Shown here piece by piece: positions 27,734-36,615 of a stretch of DNA of 64,000 bases. Source of the DNA: an uncultured Gemmatimonadales bacterium (GTDB lineage Bacteria; Gemmatimonadota; Gemmatimonadetes; Gemmatimonadales; GWC2-71-9); the NCBI GenBank assembly GCA_963730185.1, contig CAVSQW010000015.1:384001-448000 (forward strand), given 5' to 3'. The translations under genes and the position numbers were made by a program. The notes beneath the pieces were generated by a model, which was not told the origin of the DNA, ran no database searches, and was given only the letters and a program-made list of their open reading frames with translations. Position 1 is the stretch's first letter. Every line of letters starts with the position of its first letter.

Positions 27734-29080
27734 ATGGCCGATCACGGCACGGCGCGCAACATCGGGCTGGCGGGCGCGGTCTTCACCATGGTCGGCTACG
27801 TGGTGGGCGCGTCGATCTTCATCCTGCCCGGGGCGCTGGCCGCCGATACCGGGCCGGCGGCGTTTCTGGCCTATCTGATCGCGGGTGTGCTGGCGGCATT
27901 GACCTGTGTGGTCGGGGCCGAGCTGGGCAGTGCGGTTCCGGTGAGCGGGGCCATCAACGTCACGGCCAGCCGGGTGCTGGGCCCATTGTTCGGCTTCGTC
28001 GGCGTCTGGGCGCTGATTCTCGGGGTGTCGCTGGCGATCGCGCTGGTGGCGTATGGGTTCGCCGACTACCTCGCCTACTTCTTCCCCGGCGCCGACCGGC
28101 GGGTGGTGGCGCTGGGCACAGCCGTCGTCTTCGGGCTCCTCAACCTGACGACGGTGCGGGTGGCCGTGGGCATTCAGGCCGCGATGACGATCGGGTTCCT
28201 GATCATCCTGCTGGTGTTCGGGGTGGGCGGGACGATCACGGCGCGTCCCGAGCTGCTCACGCCGTTCATGCCGAAAGGCTTCGGCTCGGTGGTTGCCGCA
28301 GCGGTGCCGGCCTTTTTCTCGTATGCCGGCGTGATGGTCATCGTCGAGCTCGGCGGCGAGATCAAGAACCCGGGGCGGACCATTCCCCGGTCGCTGTTGC
28401 TCACCTTCCTGATCGTGGCCGTCTGTTACAGCTTGGTGGCGTTCGCCGTCCCGGCCCAGGTCCCATGGACCGAGCTTGGCTCGGCGTCGGCCCCGGTGGC
28501 GCTGGCGGCGGGGCGGTTCCTCCCCGGCTGGGCGGGCGGGGCGATCGCCGTCGGCGCGTTGTTGGCGGCCGCCACCTCGATCAACGGAATGGTGCTGATT
28601 CACTCGCGCGACATCCTGGCGATGGCGCGGGCGTCGGTGTTCCCGGCGGTGTTCGCCCGGCGGGCGGCCAACGGGGTGCCGATCGCGGCGGTGGCCCTGA
28701 TCGCGGGTGGCGGGGTGCTCGCGGTCCTTCCGGGCGGGTCGATCCGCGAGCTGGCGGTCACCAGCGTGATCGCCATCATGATCATCCAGATGCTGGCGGC
28801 GGGGTCGGTGCTCCTGATTCCGACCCGGCTCCCGGCCGAGCACGCCCGGTCGGCGTTCCGGATGCGCCCCTGGGTCCGGTGGACCGTGGTGCTGCTGGTC
28901 CTGGTCAGCTCGACGGGCTTCATCGGCCTCGCGGTGATGGAAGGGCCCCGGAACGCGGCGGCTTTTCTGGGGGTGCTGCTGCTGGGCGTCGTCTACTACT
29001 ACATCCGGCGGGCGGTGCTGGCCCGCCGGGGCGAGTCGTTGGATGAGATCCTCCGGAGCGGCGCCACGGCCGAAGGGTAG
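27734..29080 (+). CDS. APC-family amino acid/amine permease
   Basis: VVGASIFILPG, AELGSAVPVSG, EIKNPGRTIPR; about 12 hydrophobic segments; GGAG RBS. Confidence 0.9.
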   Translation: MADHGTARNIGLAGAVFTMVGYVVGASIFILPGALAADTGPAAFLAYLIAGVLAALTCVVGAELGSAVPVSGAINVTASRVLGPLFGFVGVWALILGVSLAIALVAYGFADYLAYFFPGADRRVVALGTAVVFGLLNLTTVRVAVGIQAAMTIGFLIILLVFGVGGTITARPELLTPFMPKGFGSVVAAAVPAFFSYAGVMVIVELGGEIKNPGRTIPRSLLLTFLIVAVCYSLVAFAVPAQVPWTELGSASAPVALAAGRFLPGWAGGAIAVGALLAAATSINGMVLIHSRDILAMARASVFPAVFARRAANGVPIAAVALIAGGGVLAVLPGGSIRELAVTSVIAIMIIQMLAAGSVLLIPTRLPAEHARSAFRMRPWVRWTVVLLVLVSSTGFIGLAVMEGPRNAAAFLGVLLLGVVYYYIRRAVLARRGESLDEILRSGATAEG

Positions 29081-30246
29081 GCCGCTACGGGGTTGGCGAG
29101 GCGGCGCTGCAGGGTGTCGAGCAGGGCCGAGGTCAGGTCCCAGAGGCGGATCCCGTCCGCGTTGGTCATCGCCACCACCGCGCTACGGTCCGAGCGGTCG
29201 AGCATCAAATCGGTGCTGAACCCCCGATCACCGCCGCTGTGCCAGGCCAGCCGGTGCCCGTTCCGCTCCGGCAGGAACCAGCCCAGTCCCATCACCAGCC
29301 GTGAGAACGGGAAAGTGAGTCCGCTCTCCTTTGCCCGGGCCTGGAGGTCCGTGGTGATGTCGCGCTCCTCGTGCCAGAGGCGGTCGTAGGCCGAGTCGGG
29401 CAGGATGGTGGCGCCGTCGAGCGAGCCCCGCCCCAGGTTGATCGCTGCCCACCGGAGCATGTCGTCCACGTTGGAGTGGAGGGTCGAGCTTCCCGCGTGG
29501 CGCCGATTGTAGGGATAGACGTCGGCGGGGTGGTACCGGCCGGTCGAGTCCGCGCTGTGGCCCTGCGCCAGGAGGGTCGAGTCGACGTCCGTCATGAGGA
29601 AGGTGCTCTTCCGCATCCCGGCCGGGCTGAGGATTCGCGCTTGGACGTAGTCCTCGAAGGGTTGCCCGGAGACGGTGGCCACCAGGTCGGCGAGGAGCTC
29701 GAAGCCGATGTTGCTGTACCGCCAGCCCTCGCCCGGGGCCGCGATGAGGGTGGAGTCGGCCAGGCCGCGGATGTACCGCTCCAGGGCGCCGTCGTCGTAT
29801 TCCGGATGCGCCCAGCGATAGTCGGTCACGTCGGGTAAGCCGGCCGAGTGGGTCAGCACCTGGCGTACGGTAATCGCCGACGCCCGCGGGTCGCGCATCC
29901 GGAAGTAGGGCACGGAGCGGGCGACCGGGGCGTCGAGGTCCACCTGGCCGGCCTCGACCAACTGCATGACGGCGGTCGCCACGAAGGTCTTGCTGATCGA
30001 CGCCATGTGGAAGAGCGTCGCCGGCGTGACCGGTTGGCCGTGGTCGAGCGATGTCGTGCCCCGCCCGGCCCGGTACACCACCTGCCCGTCGCGCAGGACG
30101 CCCACGGCCAGCCCCGGAAGGTGATGGGCTTCGGCGAACCGGGCGACCGTCCCGCCGAGCCGGCTCTCGAGGTCGGCGTTGCCAGGGCGAGCCGGCGCAC
30201 AGCCGAGGAGTGCCAGGGCCAAGGCGAACGAGAGGGCGCGGATCAC
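28999..30246 (-). CDS. Class C beta-lactamase-like serine hydrolase, lipoprotein
   Basis: MASISK (SxxK), LTHSAG, YSN, HSGG; lipobox LLGC; GTG start after GGAG. Confidence 0.88.
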   Translation of the reverse strand: MIRALSFALALALLGCAPARPGNADLESRLGGTVARFAEAHHLPGLAVGVLRDGQVVYRAGRGTTSLDHGQPVTPATLFHMASISKTFVATAVMQLVEAGQVDLDAPVARSVPYFRMRDPRASAITVRQVLTHSAGLPDVTDYRWAHPEYDDGALERYIRGLADSTLIAAPGEGWRYSNIGFELLADLVATVSGQPFEDYVQARILSPAGMRKSTFLMTDVDSTLLAQGHSADSTGRYHPADVYPYNRRHAGSSTLHSNVDDMLRWAAINLGRGSLDGATILPDSAYDRLWHEERDITTDLQARAKESGLTFPFSRLVMGLGWFLPERNGHRLAWHSGGDRGFSTDLMLDRSDRSAVVAMTNADGIRLWDLTSALLDTLQRRLANPVAAYPSAVAPLRRISSNDSPRRASTARRM

Positions 30247-30440
30247 GGCAGTCTCCTGAAGGCGCAACCGGTCTGGGCCAAACGGGCGGACCCGCCCGCC
30301 CAGACCCGATCCTGGGCGGGCTTGGCGAATATCGGAGTCGGATCGGGGAGGGTCAACCGCCTCGGGTCCCCGGCGAGGGTCCGGCGGACTAGATTTGCCG
30401 CCACGCGCATTCAACCTCCTCCGACCGGACCCGGACTCAA

Positions 30441-31706
30441 ATGCCACGGACTCGATCGCTTCTCCTCGGTCTCTCGCTGATGGCAGCCTCGCCGCTCCTG
30501 GCCCAGAGCAGCGAGGCGAACCTGGCGCTCGCCCGGAAGGTGCTGTCCACCACGCCCCTGATCGACGGCCACAACGACCTGCCCTGGCGGATTCGCGAGG
30601 ACAAGAGCATGCCGGCCGACGTGGAGGCGTACGACCTCCGCCGGCATGTCCCGGGGATGACCGACTTTGCCCGGCTCAAAGAGGGCATGCTGGGCGGGCA
30701 GTTCTGGTCGGTCTACATCCCGGGCGAGATCAAGGATTCGGGCTACGCCCGGGTGCAGCTCGAGCAGATCGACATCGCCCGGCGGATCATCGAGAAGTAC
30801 CCCGACCAACTGGACCTCTGCACCACCGCGCTCTGCGTCCGCCGGACCTTCGCGGAGGGGCGGATCGGCTCGATGTTGGGGATGGAGGGCGGGCACGCGA
30901 TCGAAAACTCGCTCGGCGCGCTCCGGGCCTACTACGATCTCGGCGCCCGGTACATGACGCTGACCCACAACGTCACCCTCGACTGGGCCGACGCAGCCCT
31001 CGACAAGCCGGTGCACGGTGGGCTCACCCCCTTCGGCCAGGAAGTGGTCCGGGAGATGAACCGGCTCGGCATGCTGGTCGACCTCTCCCACACCTCGCCG
31101 GGCACGATGTCCGACGCGCTGACGGCCGCCGAAGCGCCGGTGATCTTCTCGCACTCGGCCGCCCGGGCCCTGGTGGATCATCCCCGGAACGTGCCCGACT
31201 CGATCCTCCGGCGGCTGCCGGCCAACGGCGGGGTGGTGATGGTCACCTTCGTCGACGTGTTCGTCTCGCCTCGGCTCAAGGCCTGGTCGGACCGGAACGA
31301 CTCGGTGGCGAAGGAGCTGATGAAGCGATCCTCGGACCGGGCCTCCCAGCGCCGGGAGCTCGATCGCTGGCGCGCGGCCAATCCCCGGCCGTCGGTCAAG
31401 CTCACCGAGGTGGCGGACCACATCGATCACATCCGGCAGGTGGCCGGAGTGGATCACGTGGGCATCGGCAGCGACTTCGACGGGATCGAGACGGTGATCG
31501 ACGGCCTCGAGGACACCTCGACCTTCCCGGCCCTCTTCGCCGAGCTGGCCCGGCGCGGGTGGACCGAGGGCGATCTCCGAAAGCTCGCCGGGGAGAACAT
31601 CCTCCGGGTCATGGAGCAGGCCGAGAAGGTGGCGGCCCGGCTCCGCAAGGAACGGCCGGCCTCGACCAAGACGATCCAGCAGCTGGACAGCGCGCTCAAG
31701 ACCTGA
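30441..31706 (+). CDS. Membrane dipeptidase (peptidase M19) family
   Basis: DGHNDLPW, GMEGG, TLTHN, VDLSH, FSHS, GIGSDFDG; signal peptide. Confidence 0.93.
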   Translation: MPRTRSLLLGLSLMAASPLLAQSSEANLALARKVLSTTPLIDGHNDLPWRIREDKSMPADVEAYDLRRHVPGMTDFARLKEGMLGGQFWSVYIPGEIKDSGYARVQLEQIDIARRIIEKYPDQLDLCTTALCVRRTFAEGRIGSMLGMEGGHAIENSLGALRAYYDLGARYMTLTHNVTLDWADAALDKPVHGGLTPFGQEVVREMNRLGMLVDLSHTSPGTMSDALTAAEAPVIFSHSAARALVDHPRNVPDSILRRLPANGGVVMVTFVDVFVSPRLKAWSDRNDSVAKELMKRSSDRASQRRELDRWRAANPRPSVKLTEVADHIDHIRQVAGVDHVGIGSDFDGIETVIDGLEDTSTFPALFAELARRGWTEGDLRKLAGENILRVMEQAEKVAARLRKERPASTKTIQQLDSALKT

Positions 31707-31729
31707 TCTCGGGCCAAGCGGAGGTAGGC

Positions 31730-32629
31730 ATGCGGGCGATGGCGATGGGGGCGGTGCTCGCCCTGATGGTGGTCCAGGTGGCCTCGGGGCAGTCGGAGGC
31801 CGATCTCCGGCGCTACTTCGAGGGGCGGACCGTGGTGGTGAAGCTCGATTTGCCAGGCACCGACGACGGCGTCGACGTGTATCCCGGCACGTCGCAGCCC
31901 GTCGATTTCCCGAAGCATGCCGGGCGGCTCAAGAAGTACGGCACCGCGATCCACCGGGGCGACGAGGCGCTGATCACCAAGCTCCGGGTCAAGAAGGACC
32001 TGATCGAGTTCCAGCTCGATGGCGGCGGCTATGGCACCTTCGGCGACGATACCGACCCGAACGTGTCGGTGCCGACCGCTTCCAAGTCGGAGCGCGAGCG
32101 GAACCTCGAGAAAGATCTCGAGCGCGCCAAGGAGCCGGCCGACAAGCGCAAGATCAAGGAGGAGCTCGACCGGCTTCGACACGAGCGCGAGCGGGAGAAC
32201 GACCGGCTCAGGACCCAGGCCGAGAGCGCCCGCCAGCTCAAGGAGGCCAACATCCGCCAGCGCCGGCTGGAGGGTGGTTCCCGCTTCAACCTGCGCTACC
32301 GGGGCGGCGTCCCCGACGGCGAGGCGACGCCCGACGCCGTGATGCGGGCGCTGGCCGAGTATCTCGACTTCTCGCCCGTGCTGGCGGCCCGGTCGGAGCG
32401 CCCCGGCCTCTACGGTCAGGGCGACAAGGCCCCGGGCGACAAGAACCAGCTCCGCAAAGGGCTCCTGGCCGACGAGGTCGACGCGATCCTCGGCCGGCCC
32501 GAGTCGATCAGCCGGCGCCAGGAGGGCTCGCTCACGGTAAGCACGTCGGTGTATCTGACCGCGGACAGCCGGATCGAGGCTGAGTTCGTGGAGGGGGTCC
32601 TGATCCGGTTCGTGATTTCGTCGCGGTAG
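31730..32629 (+). CDS. Secreted hypothetical protein with coiled coil and C-terminal SmpA/BamE-like module
   Basis: GGAGG RBS, signal peptide, E/R/K-rich helix, LRKGLLADEVDAILGRP motif. Confidence 0.7.
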   Translation: MRAMAMGAVLALMVVQVASGQSEADLRRYFEGRTVVVKLDLPGTDDGVDVYPGTSQPVDFPKHAGRLKKYGTAIHRGDEALITKLRVKKDLIEFQLDGGGYGTFGDDTDPNVSVPTASKSERERNLEKDLERAKEPADKRKIKEELDRLRHERERENDRLRTQAESARQLKEANIRQRRLEGGSRFNLRYRGGVPDGEATPDAVMRALAEYLDFSPVLAARSERPGLYGQGDKAPGDKNQLRKGLLADEVDAILGRPESISRRQEGSLTVSTSVYLTADSRIEAEFVEGVLIRFVISSR

Positions 32630-32662
32630 GGTCACGGCCCTCGCGTTTGATGCCGGGGCTCT

Positions 32663-32668
32663 TATAAT
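32663..32668 (+). promoter_or_regulatory. Consensus -10 hexamer upstream of sodA
   Basis: TATAAT about 50 bp upstream of the ATG in GC-rich context; no clear -35. Confidence 0.5.
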
Positions 32669-32716
32669 TCGAGTTCAATCCCTCTGTACTCACTCGGAAT
32701 TCGGGAGACAGCAGAC

Positions 32717-33322
32717 ATGGCCCACACGCTTCCCCCTCTCCCCTACGCGTACGACGCCCTCGAGCCGCACATCGACGAACAGACGATGCGGATCCACCAC
32801 GACAAGCACCACGCCGGGTACGTCAACAACCTGAACAAAGCGATCGAGGGTAATGCCGACCTTGGCAAGCTCTCGGTCGAGCAGCTGATCGGGAACCTGA
32901 ACGGGGTGCCGGACGCGATTCGCACCGCGGTCCGGAACAACGGCGGCGGCCACGCCAACCACACGCTGTTCTGGGAGCTGATGACGCCCGGCGGCGCCAA
33001 GGGTCCCGCGGGCGGGCTGGCCAAGGCCATCGACTCGGCCTTCGGCGGGCTGGACGGCTTCAAGGAGCAGTTCGCCAAGGCCGGGATGGGGCGGTTCGGC
33101 AGCGGCTGGGCCTGGCTGGTTCAGGCCAAGGACGGCAAGCTGGCGATCGAGAGCACGCCGAACCAGGATAGCCCGCTGATGGACGGCAAGCACCCGCTGA
33201 TGGGGTGCGACGTCTGGGAGCACGCCTACTATCTCAAGTACCAGAACCGCCGGGCCGACTATCTGGCCGCCTGGTGGAGCGTGGTCAACTGGACGGTGGT
33301 CGGTGGCCGGTTCAAGAGCTGA
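32717..33322 (+). CDS. sodA: Fe/Mn superoxide dismutase (Mn-type signature)
   Basis: [36 protein letters not shown]. Confidence 0.93.
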   Translation: MAHTLPPLPYAYDALEPHIDEQTMRIHHDKHHAGYVNNLNKAIEGNADLGKLSVEQLIGNLNGVPDAIRTAVRNNGGGHANHTLFWELMTPGGAKGPAGGLAKAIDSAFGGLDGFKEQFAKAGMGRFGSGWAWLVQAKDGKLAIESTPNQDSPLMDGKHPLMGCDVWEHAYYLKYQNRRADYLAAWWSVVNWTVVGGRFKS

Positions 33323-33332
33323 GTCGGCCGAG

Positions 33333-33791
33333 ATGCCGCTGCCCACGATCGGGACCGAAGCCCCGGACTTCACTCTGCCGTCGACCTCCGGTCAGGAGGT
33401 CAGCCTGTCGTCGCTCCGGGGTCGGAGCGTGCTGCTCGCGTTCTTCCCCCTGGCGTTCACCGGGACCTGCACGGCCGAGATGTGCGCCTTCTCCGACGAC
33501 TATGCCAGGTTCGAACAGGCCGGCGCGACGGTCCTTCCGATCAGCGTCGACTCGATTCCGACCCTCAAGGAGTTCAAGGCGAAGGAGAAGATGTCGGTCG
33601 ATCTCCTGAGCGACTTCAAGCGCGAGGTGTCCCGGCGCTATGGCACGCTGCTCGAGGACAAGTTCTTCAGCACCCGGGCCTACGTGCTGATCGACGGCCG
33701 GGGCGTGGTGCGCTGGACGCACCAGGAGGCCGAGCTGGGGCAGCGGCGGGAGAACGCCGAGCTGTTCGAGCAGATCGAGTCGCTGGGCTAG
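33333..33791 (+). CDS. Peroxiredoxin (AhpE/BCP-like)
   Basis: [21 protein letters not shown] (PxxxTxxC), LLSDF, RAYVLID. Confidence 0.9.
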   Translation: MPLPTIGTEAPDFTLPSTSGQEVSLSSLRGRSVLLAFFPLAFTGTCTAEMCAFSDDYARFEQAGATVLPISVDSIPTLKEFKAKEKMSVDLLSDFKREVSRRYGTLLEDKFFSTRAYVLIDGRGVVRWTHQEAELGQRRENAELFEQIESLG

Positions 33792-33796
33792 CGCGT

Positions 33797-34345
33797 CTGG
33801 CCCGGGTCTCGCCCTACCTGAGCTCGCCCGAGCCGGCGCTCGATCGGGCGGTCGCCTGGGCCCTGGGGCGGGTGGGCGGGCACCTGCGGGTCGACCCGGC
33901 CCGGGCCGGGTCGGCCCGGTTCACGCCGCTCGACGTGGACTGGCTGTTGGACGACGCCCGCCGGTGGGAGCGGGTCCGGTCCAACGACCTCCTCGATCCG
34001 GACTTCTTTCTCAGCGAAGTCGTCGGCGGCCTGTTCGGCGCCCGCTTCGACGGCGCCGGCGGGCGGCTGGAGCTTCAGCCGGTGCCGCCCGACGGGTGGC
34101 GCGCCATGGCGCTCCGCCGGCTCCGGGTCCATCGGACCGTCCTCGACGTCGAGGTCCGGCCCCGGGCGGAGTGGATCACCGTCCGCCTGGCGATCGCCTT
34201 CGGACCGCCCCTCCCCGTGGAAGTGACCCTGCCGGACGACTACGACGTGGGCCGGGTGGCGGTGGACGAGATCCCGATGGAGGCGCCTCGGGCCCTCTTC
34301 ACCGCCGCCGCGGAACACGAGGTGGTGCTCTTCCTCCGCGCCTGA
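33797..34345 (+). CDS. Hypothetical protein resembling the C-terminal beta domain of GH65/amylo-1,6-glucosidase-type enzymes
   Basis: GGLFGARFDGAGGRLELQPVPPDGWRAMALRRLRV; fills the gap between two genes; start uncertain (CTG 33797 or a later GTG). Confidence 0.5.
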   Translation: MARVSPYLSSPEPALDRAVAWALGRVGGHLRVDPARAGSARFTPLDVDWLLDDARRWERVRSNDLLDPDFFLSEVVGGLFGARFDGAGGRLELQPVPPDGWRAMALRRLRVHRTVLDVEVRPRAEWITVRLAIAFGPPLPVEVTLPDDYDVGRVAVDEIPMEAPRALFTAAAEHEVVLFLRA

Positions 34346-34431
34346 GCGCCGGCCGGCCGGCCCGGTGCCCCCATCGTTCGCCTTCCTCGCAGGGTCGGCT
34401 AAACTTAAGGAACCTGGAAACGAGAGGCGGG

Positions 34432-35949
34432 ATGGCGACACGGCCGGCCGGCGTGGGGATCGAGCTGGTGGGGATCGTCGCCCGGACGCTGAACAGCGGC
34501 TCGGCGCCGGACGACACTCTGCTCGCCGTGGCGCGTCAGATCCACGAGGGCCTTGGCCTGGCGTCGGCCGCCATCTGGCGCCGGGATCCCAACGCCTCCA
34601 GCTTCTCGGCCGTGTCGTCCGGCGGCCCGCCCCGCGCGGCCGTGACGCTCGACGAGCTGCCCGCCGCTCAGCCCCGCGTCACCCGGCTGCCGTTGGTCCA
34701 CGCCGGGGTGCGGCAGGGCCTGCTGGAACTGGTGCCCGGGCCGGGCGCCGGCCCTCCGGACCAGGGCGTCGTGGTGGTGCTCCAGAACCTGCTCGCGCCC
34801 TTTCTCGACGCCACCGCGCTGGCCGAGGATCTCGCCCTCGAGGTGGCCAGCCGCTCGCGGGAGATTTCGGAACAGCGCCGGTTCACTGCGCTGGTGATCG
34901 ACAGTCTCCCGCTCGGCATCTACGTCGTGGACCGCGACTACCGAATCCAGTTCTGGAACCGGAAGCGTGAGACCGGGACCCAGGGACTGCGCCGCGCCGA
35001 GGTGGTAGGACGGCCCGTCTTTCAGGTGCTGACCCGCCAGCCGGCCGACCAGCTCAAGGCGGAGTTCGACCCGATCTTCGAGACCGGCGAGGTCCATCAG
35101 TCGGAGTCGGTGGTGGAGCACGGGGGCCAGCGCCGGATCTACCGGCTGAGCCGCCTGCCGATGCGGCTCGACGGCGAGGCCATCACCCACGTCATCACCA
35201 TCGGCGAGGACGTGACCGAGGCCCGCGGGGTGGAGCGCCAGGTGCTCCAGAACGAAAAGCTGGCCGCGGTCGGCCAGCTCGCCGCCGGCGTCATGCACGA
35301 GATCAACAACCCGCTCGCGACGATCGCGGCCTGCGTGGCCGCCATCGACACCCGGCTCGGCCAGGCCGCCAGCGAACCGGTGCAGGAGTACCTGGAAATC
35401 ATCGACAAGGAAGTGCAGCGCTGCACCAAGATCGTCGACGGGCTCCTGGAGTTCAGCCGGCCCCAGGTGTTGGGACGGCCAAGACCGCGCTCACCATCAA
35501 CGGCCTGGTCGACCGGACCATGTTCCTGCTCAAGCACCACAAGCGGTTCAAGCGGTTCGCGGTCCGGACCGATCTCGGCGAGCGGATGGCGGACGGTGCT
35601 GGGGAACGAAGAACAGCTGATCCAGGTGCTGATGGCGATCCTGCTGAACGCCGTCGACGCCATGGCCGGACGGTGGGGGGCTCACGGATCCGGAGCCGGA
35701 TGGGGACCGCCGGCGAGGCCGTCGTCGAGGTCGAGGACTCCGGCGCCGGGATTTCCCTCGAGGAGCATCCGAAAGATTTTCGAGCCGTTCTACACCACCA
35801 AGCGCCCGGGCCAGGGCACCGGGCTCGGCCTCGCGATCGCCTACGGGATCGTATCCGAGCACGGGGGACACATCGACGTCGACAGCGAGGTGGGGCGGGG
35901 AAGCCGCTTCCGGGTGGTGCTGCCCGTCTCGCCGACCGAGGCCCCATGA
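34432..35949 (+). CDS. Cytoplasmic PAS sensor histidine kinase (NtrB-like) with compensating internal frameshifts
   Basis: PAS (IDSLPLGIYVVD..WN), EKLAAVGQLAAGVMHEINNPL, NAVDAM, IFEPFYTTK, GTGLGL. FLLKHHKRF and VEDSGAGI lie in the neighbouring frame (ORF 35520). Confidence 0.85.
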   Translation: MATRPAGVGIELVGIVARTLNSGSAPDDTLLAVARQIHEGLGLASAAIWRRDPNASSFSAVSSGGPPRAAVTLDELPAAQPRVTRLPLVHAGVRQGLLELVPGPGAGPPDQGVVVVLQNLLAPFLDATALAEDLALEVASRSREISEQRRFTALVIDSLPLGIYVVDRDYRIQFWNRKRETGTQGLRRAEVVGRPVFQVLTRQPADQLKAEFDPIFETGEVHQSESVVEHGGQRRIYRLSRLPMRLDGEAITHVITIGEDVTEARGVERQVLQNEKLAAVGQLAAGVMHEINNPLATIAACVAAIDTRLGQAASEPVQEYLEIIDKEVQRCTKIVDGLLEFSRPQVLGRPRPRSPSTAWSTGPCSCSSTTSGSSGSRSGPISASGWRTVLGNEEQLIQVLMAILLNAVDAMAGRWGAHGSGAGWGPPARPSSRSRTPAPGFPSRSIRKIFEPFYTTKRPGQGTGLGLAIAYGIVSEHGGHIDVDSEVGRGSRFRVVLPVSPTEAP

Positions 35950-36614
35950 AGATCCTCGTCGTGGAAGACGACCGCATCGTCGGTCAGTACGTCAAGCGCG
36001 GCCTCGAGGAGCAGCAGTTCCACGTCGACCTGGTCGACGACGGGCTGGAGGGACTCCGGCTGATCTCGGGCGGCAAGTACGATCTCGTGATCCTCGACCT
36101 TCGGCTCCCCGGGATGACCGGGTTCGAGGTGCTCCGGACGGTCCGTGACCGAGGGATCACCAGCCCGATCCTGGTGCTCACGGCCCAAGACGAAGTCGAC
36201 CACAAGGTCCAAGCGCTCCGCTCGGGCGCCGACGACTACGTCACCAAGCCGTTCGCGTTCGAGGAGCTCCTGGCCCGGGTCGAGGCCATCGGACGGCGCC
36301 CCCGCCAGCTCCGCTCGCCGACGCTCGCGGTTGGTGACCTCGAGCTCGACACCGCGGCCCGCGAGGTCCACCGGGGCGGCAAGCTGCTGGAGCTCACCCC
36401 CAAGGAGTACACCGTTCTCGAATACCTGATGCGGCATGCGGGACGGGTCATGTCCCGCACCCTGATCACCGAGTACGCCTGGGACTATCACTTCGATCCC
36501 GGCACCAACGTGGTCGACGTGGTGATCAACCGGCTCCGGAAGAAGATCGACGCCGGCCAGAGCCGGAAGCTGCTGCACACGGTCCGGGGGGTGGGCTACG
36601 TGATCAAGGCCTGA
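35946..36614 (+). CDS. OmpR/PhoB-family response regulator (CusR/CzcR-like)
   Basis: MKILVVEDD, LDLRLPG, GADDYVTKPF, NVVDVVINRLRKKID, HTVRGVGY; ATGA overlap. Confidence 0.95.
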   Translation: MKILVVEDDRIVGQYVKRGLEEQQFHVDLVDDGLEGLRLISGGKYDLVILDLRLPGMTGFEVLRTVRDRGITSPILVLTAQDEVDHKVQALRSGADDYVTKPFAFEELLARVEAIGRRPRQLRSPTLAVGDLELDTAAREVHRGGKLLELTPKEYTVLEYLMRHAGRVMSRTLITEYAWDYHFDPGTNVVDVVINRLRKKIDAGQSRKLLHTVRGVGYVIKA

Positions 36615-36615
36615 C

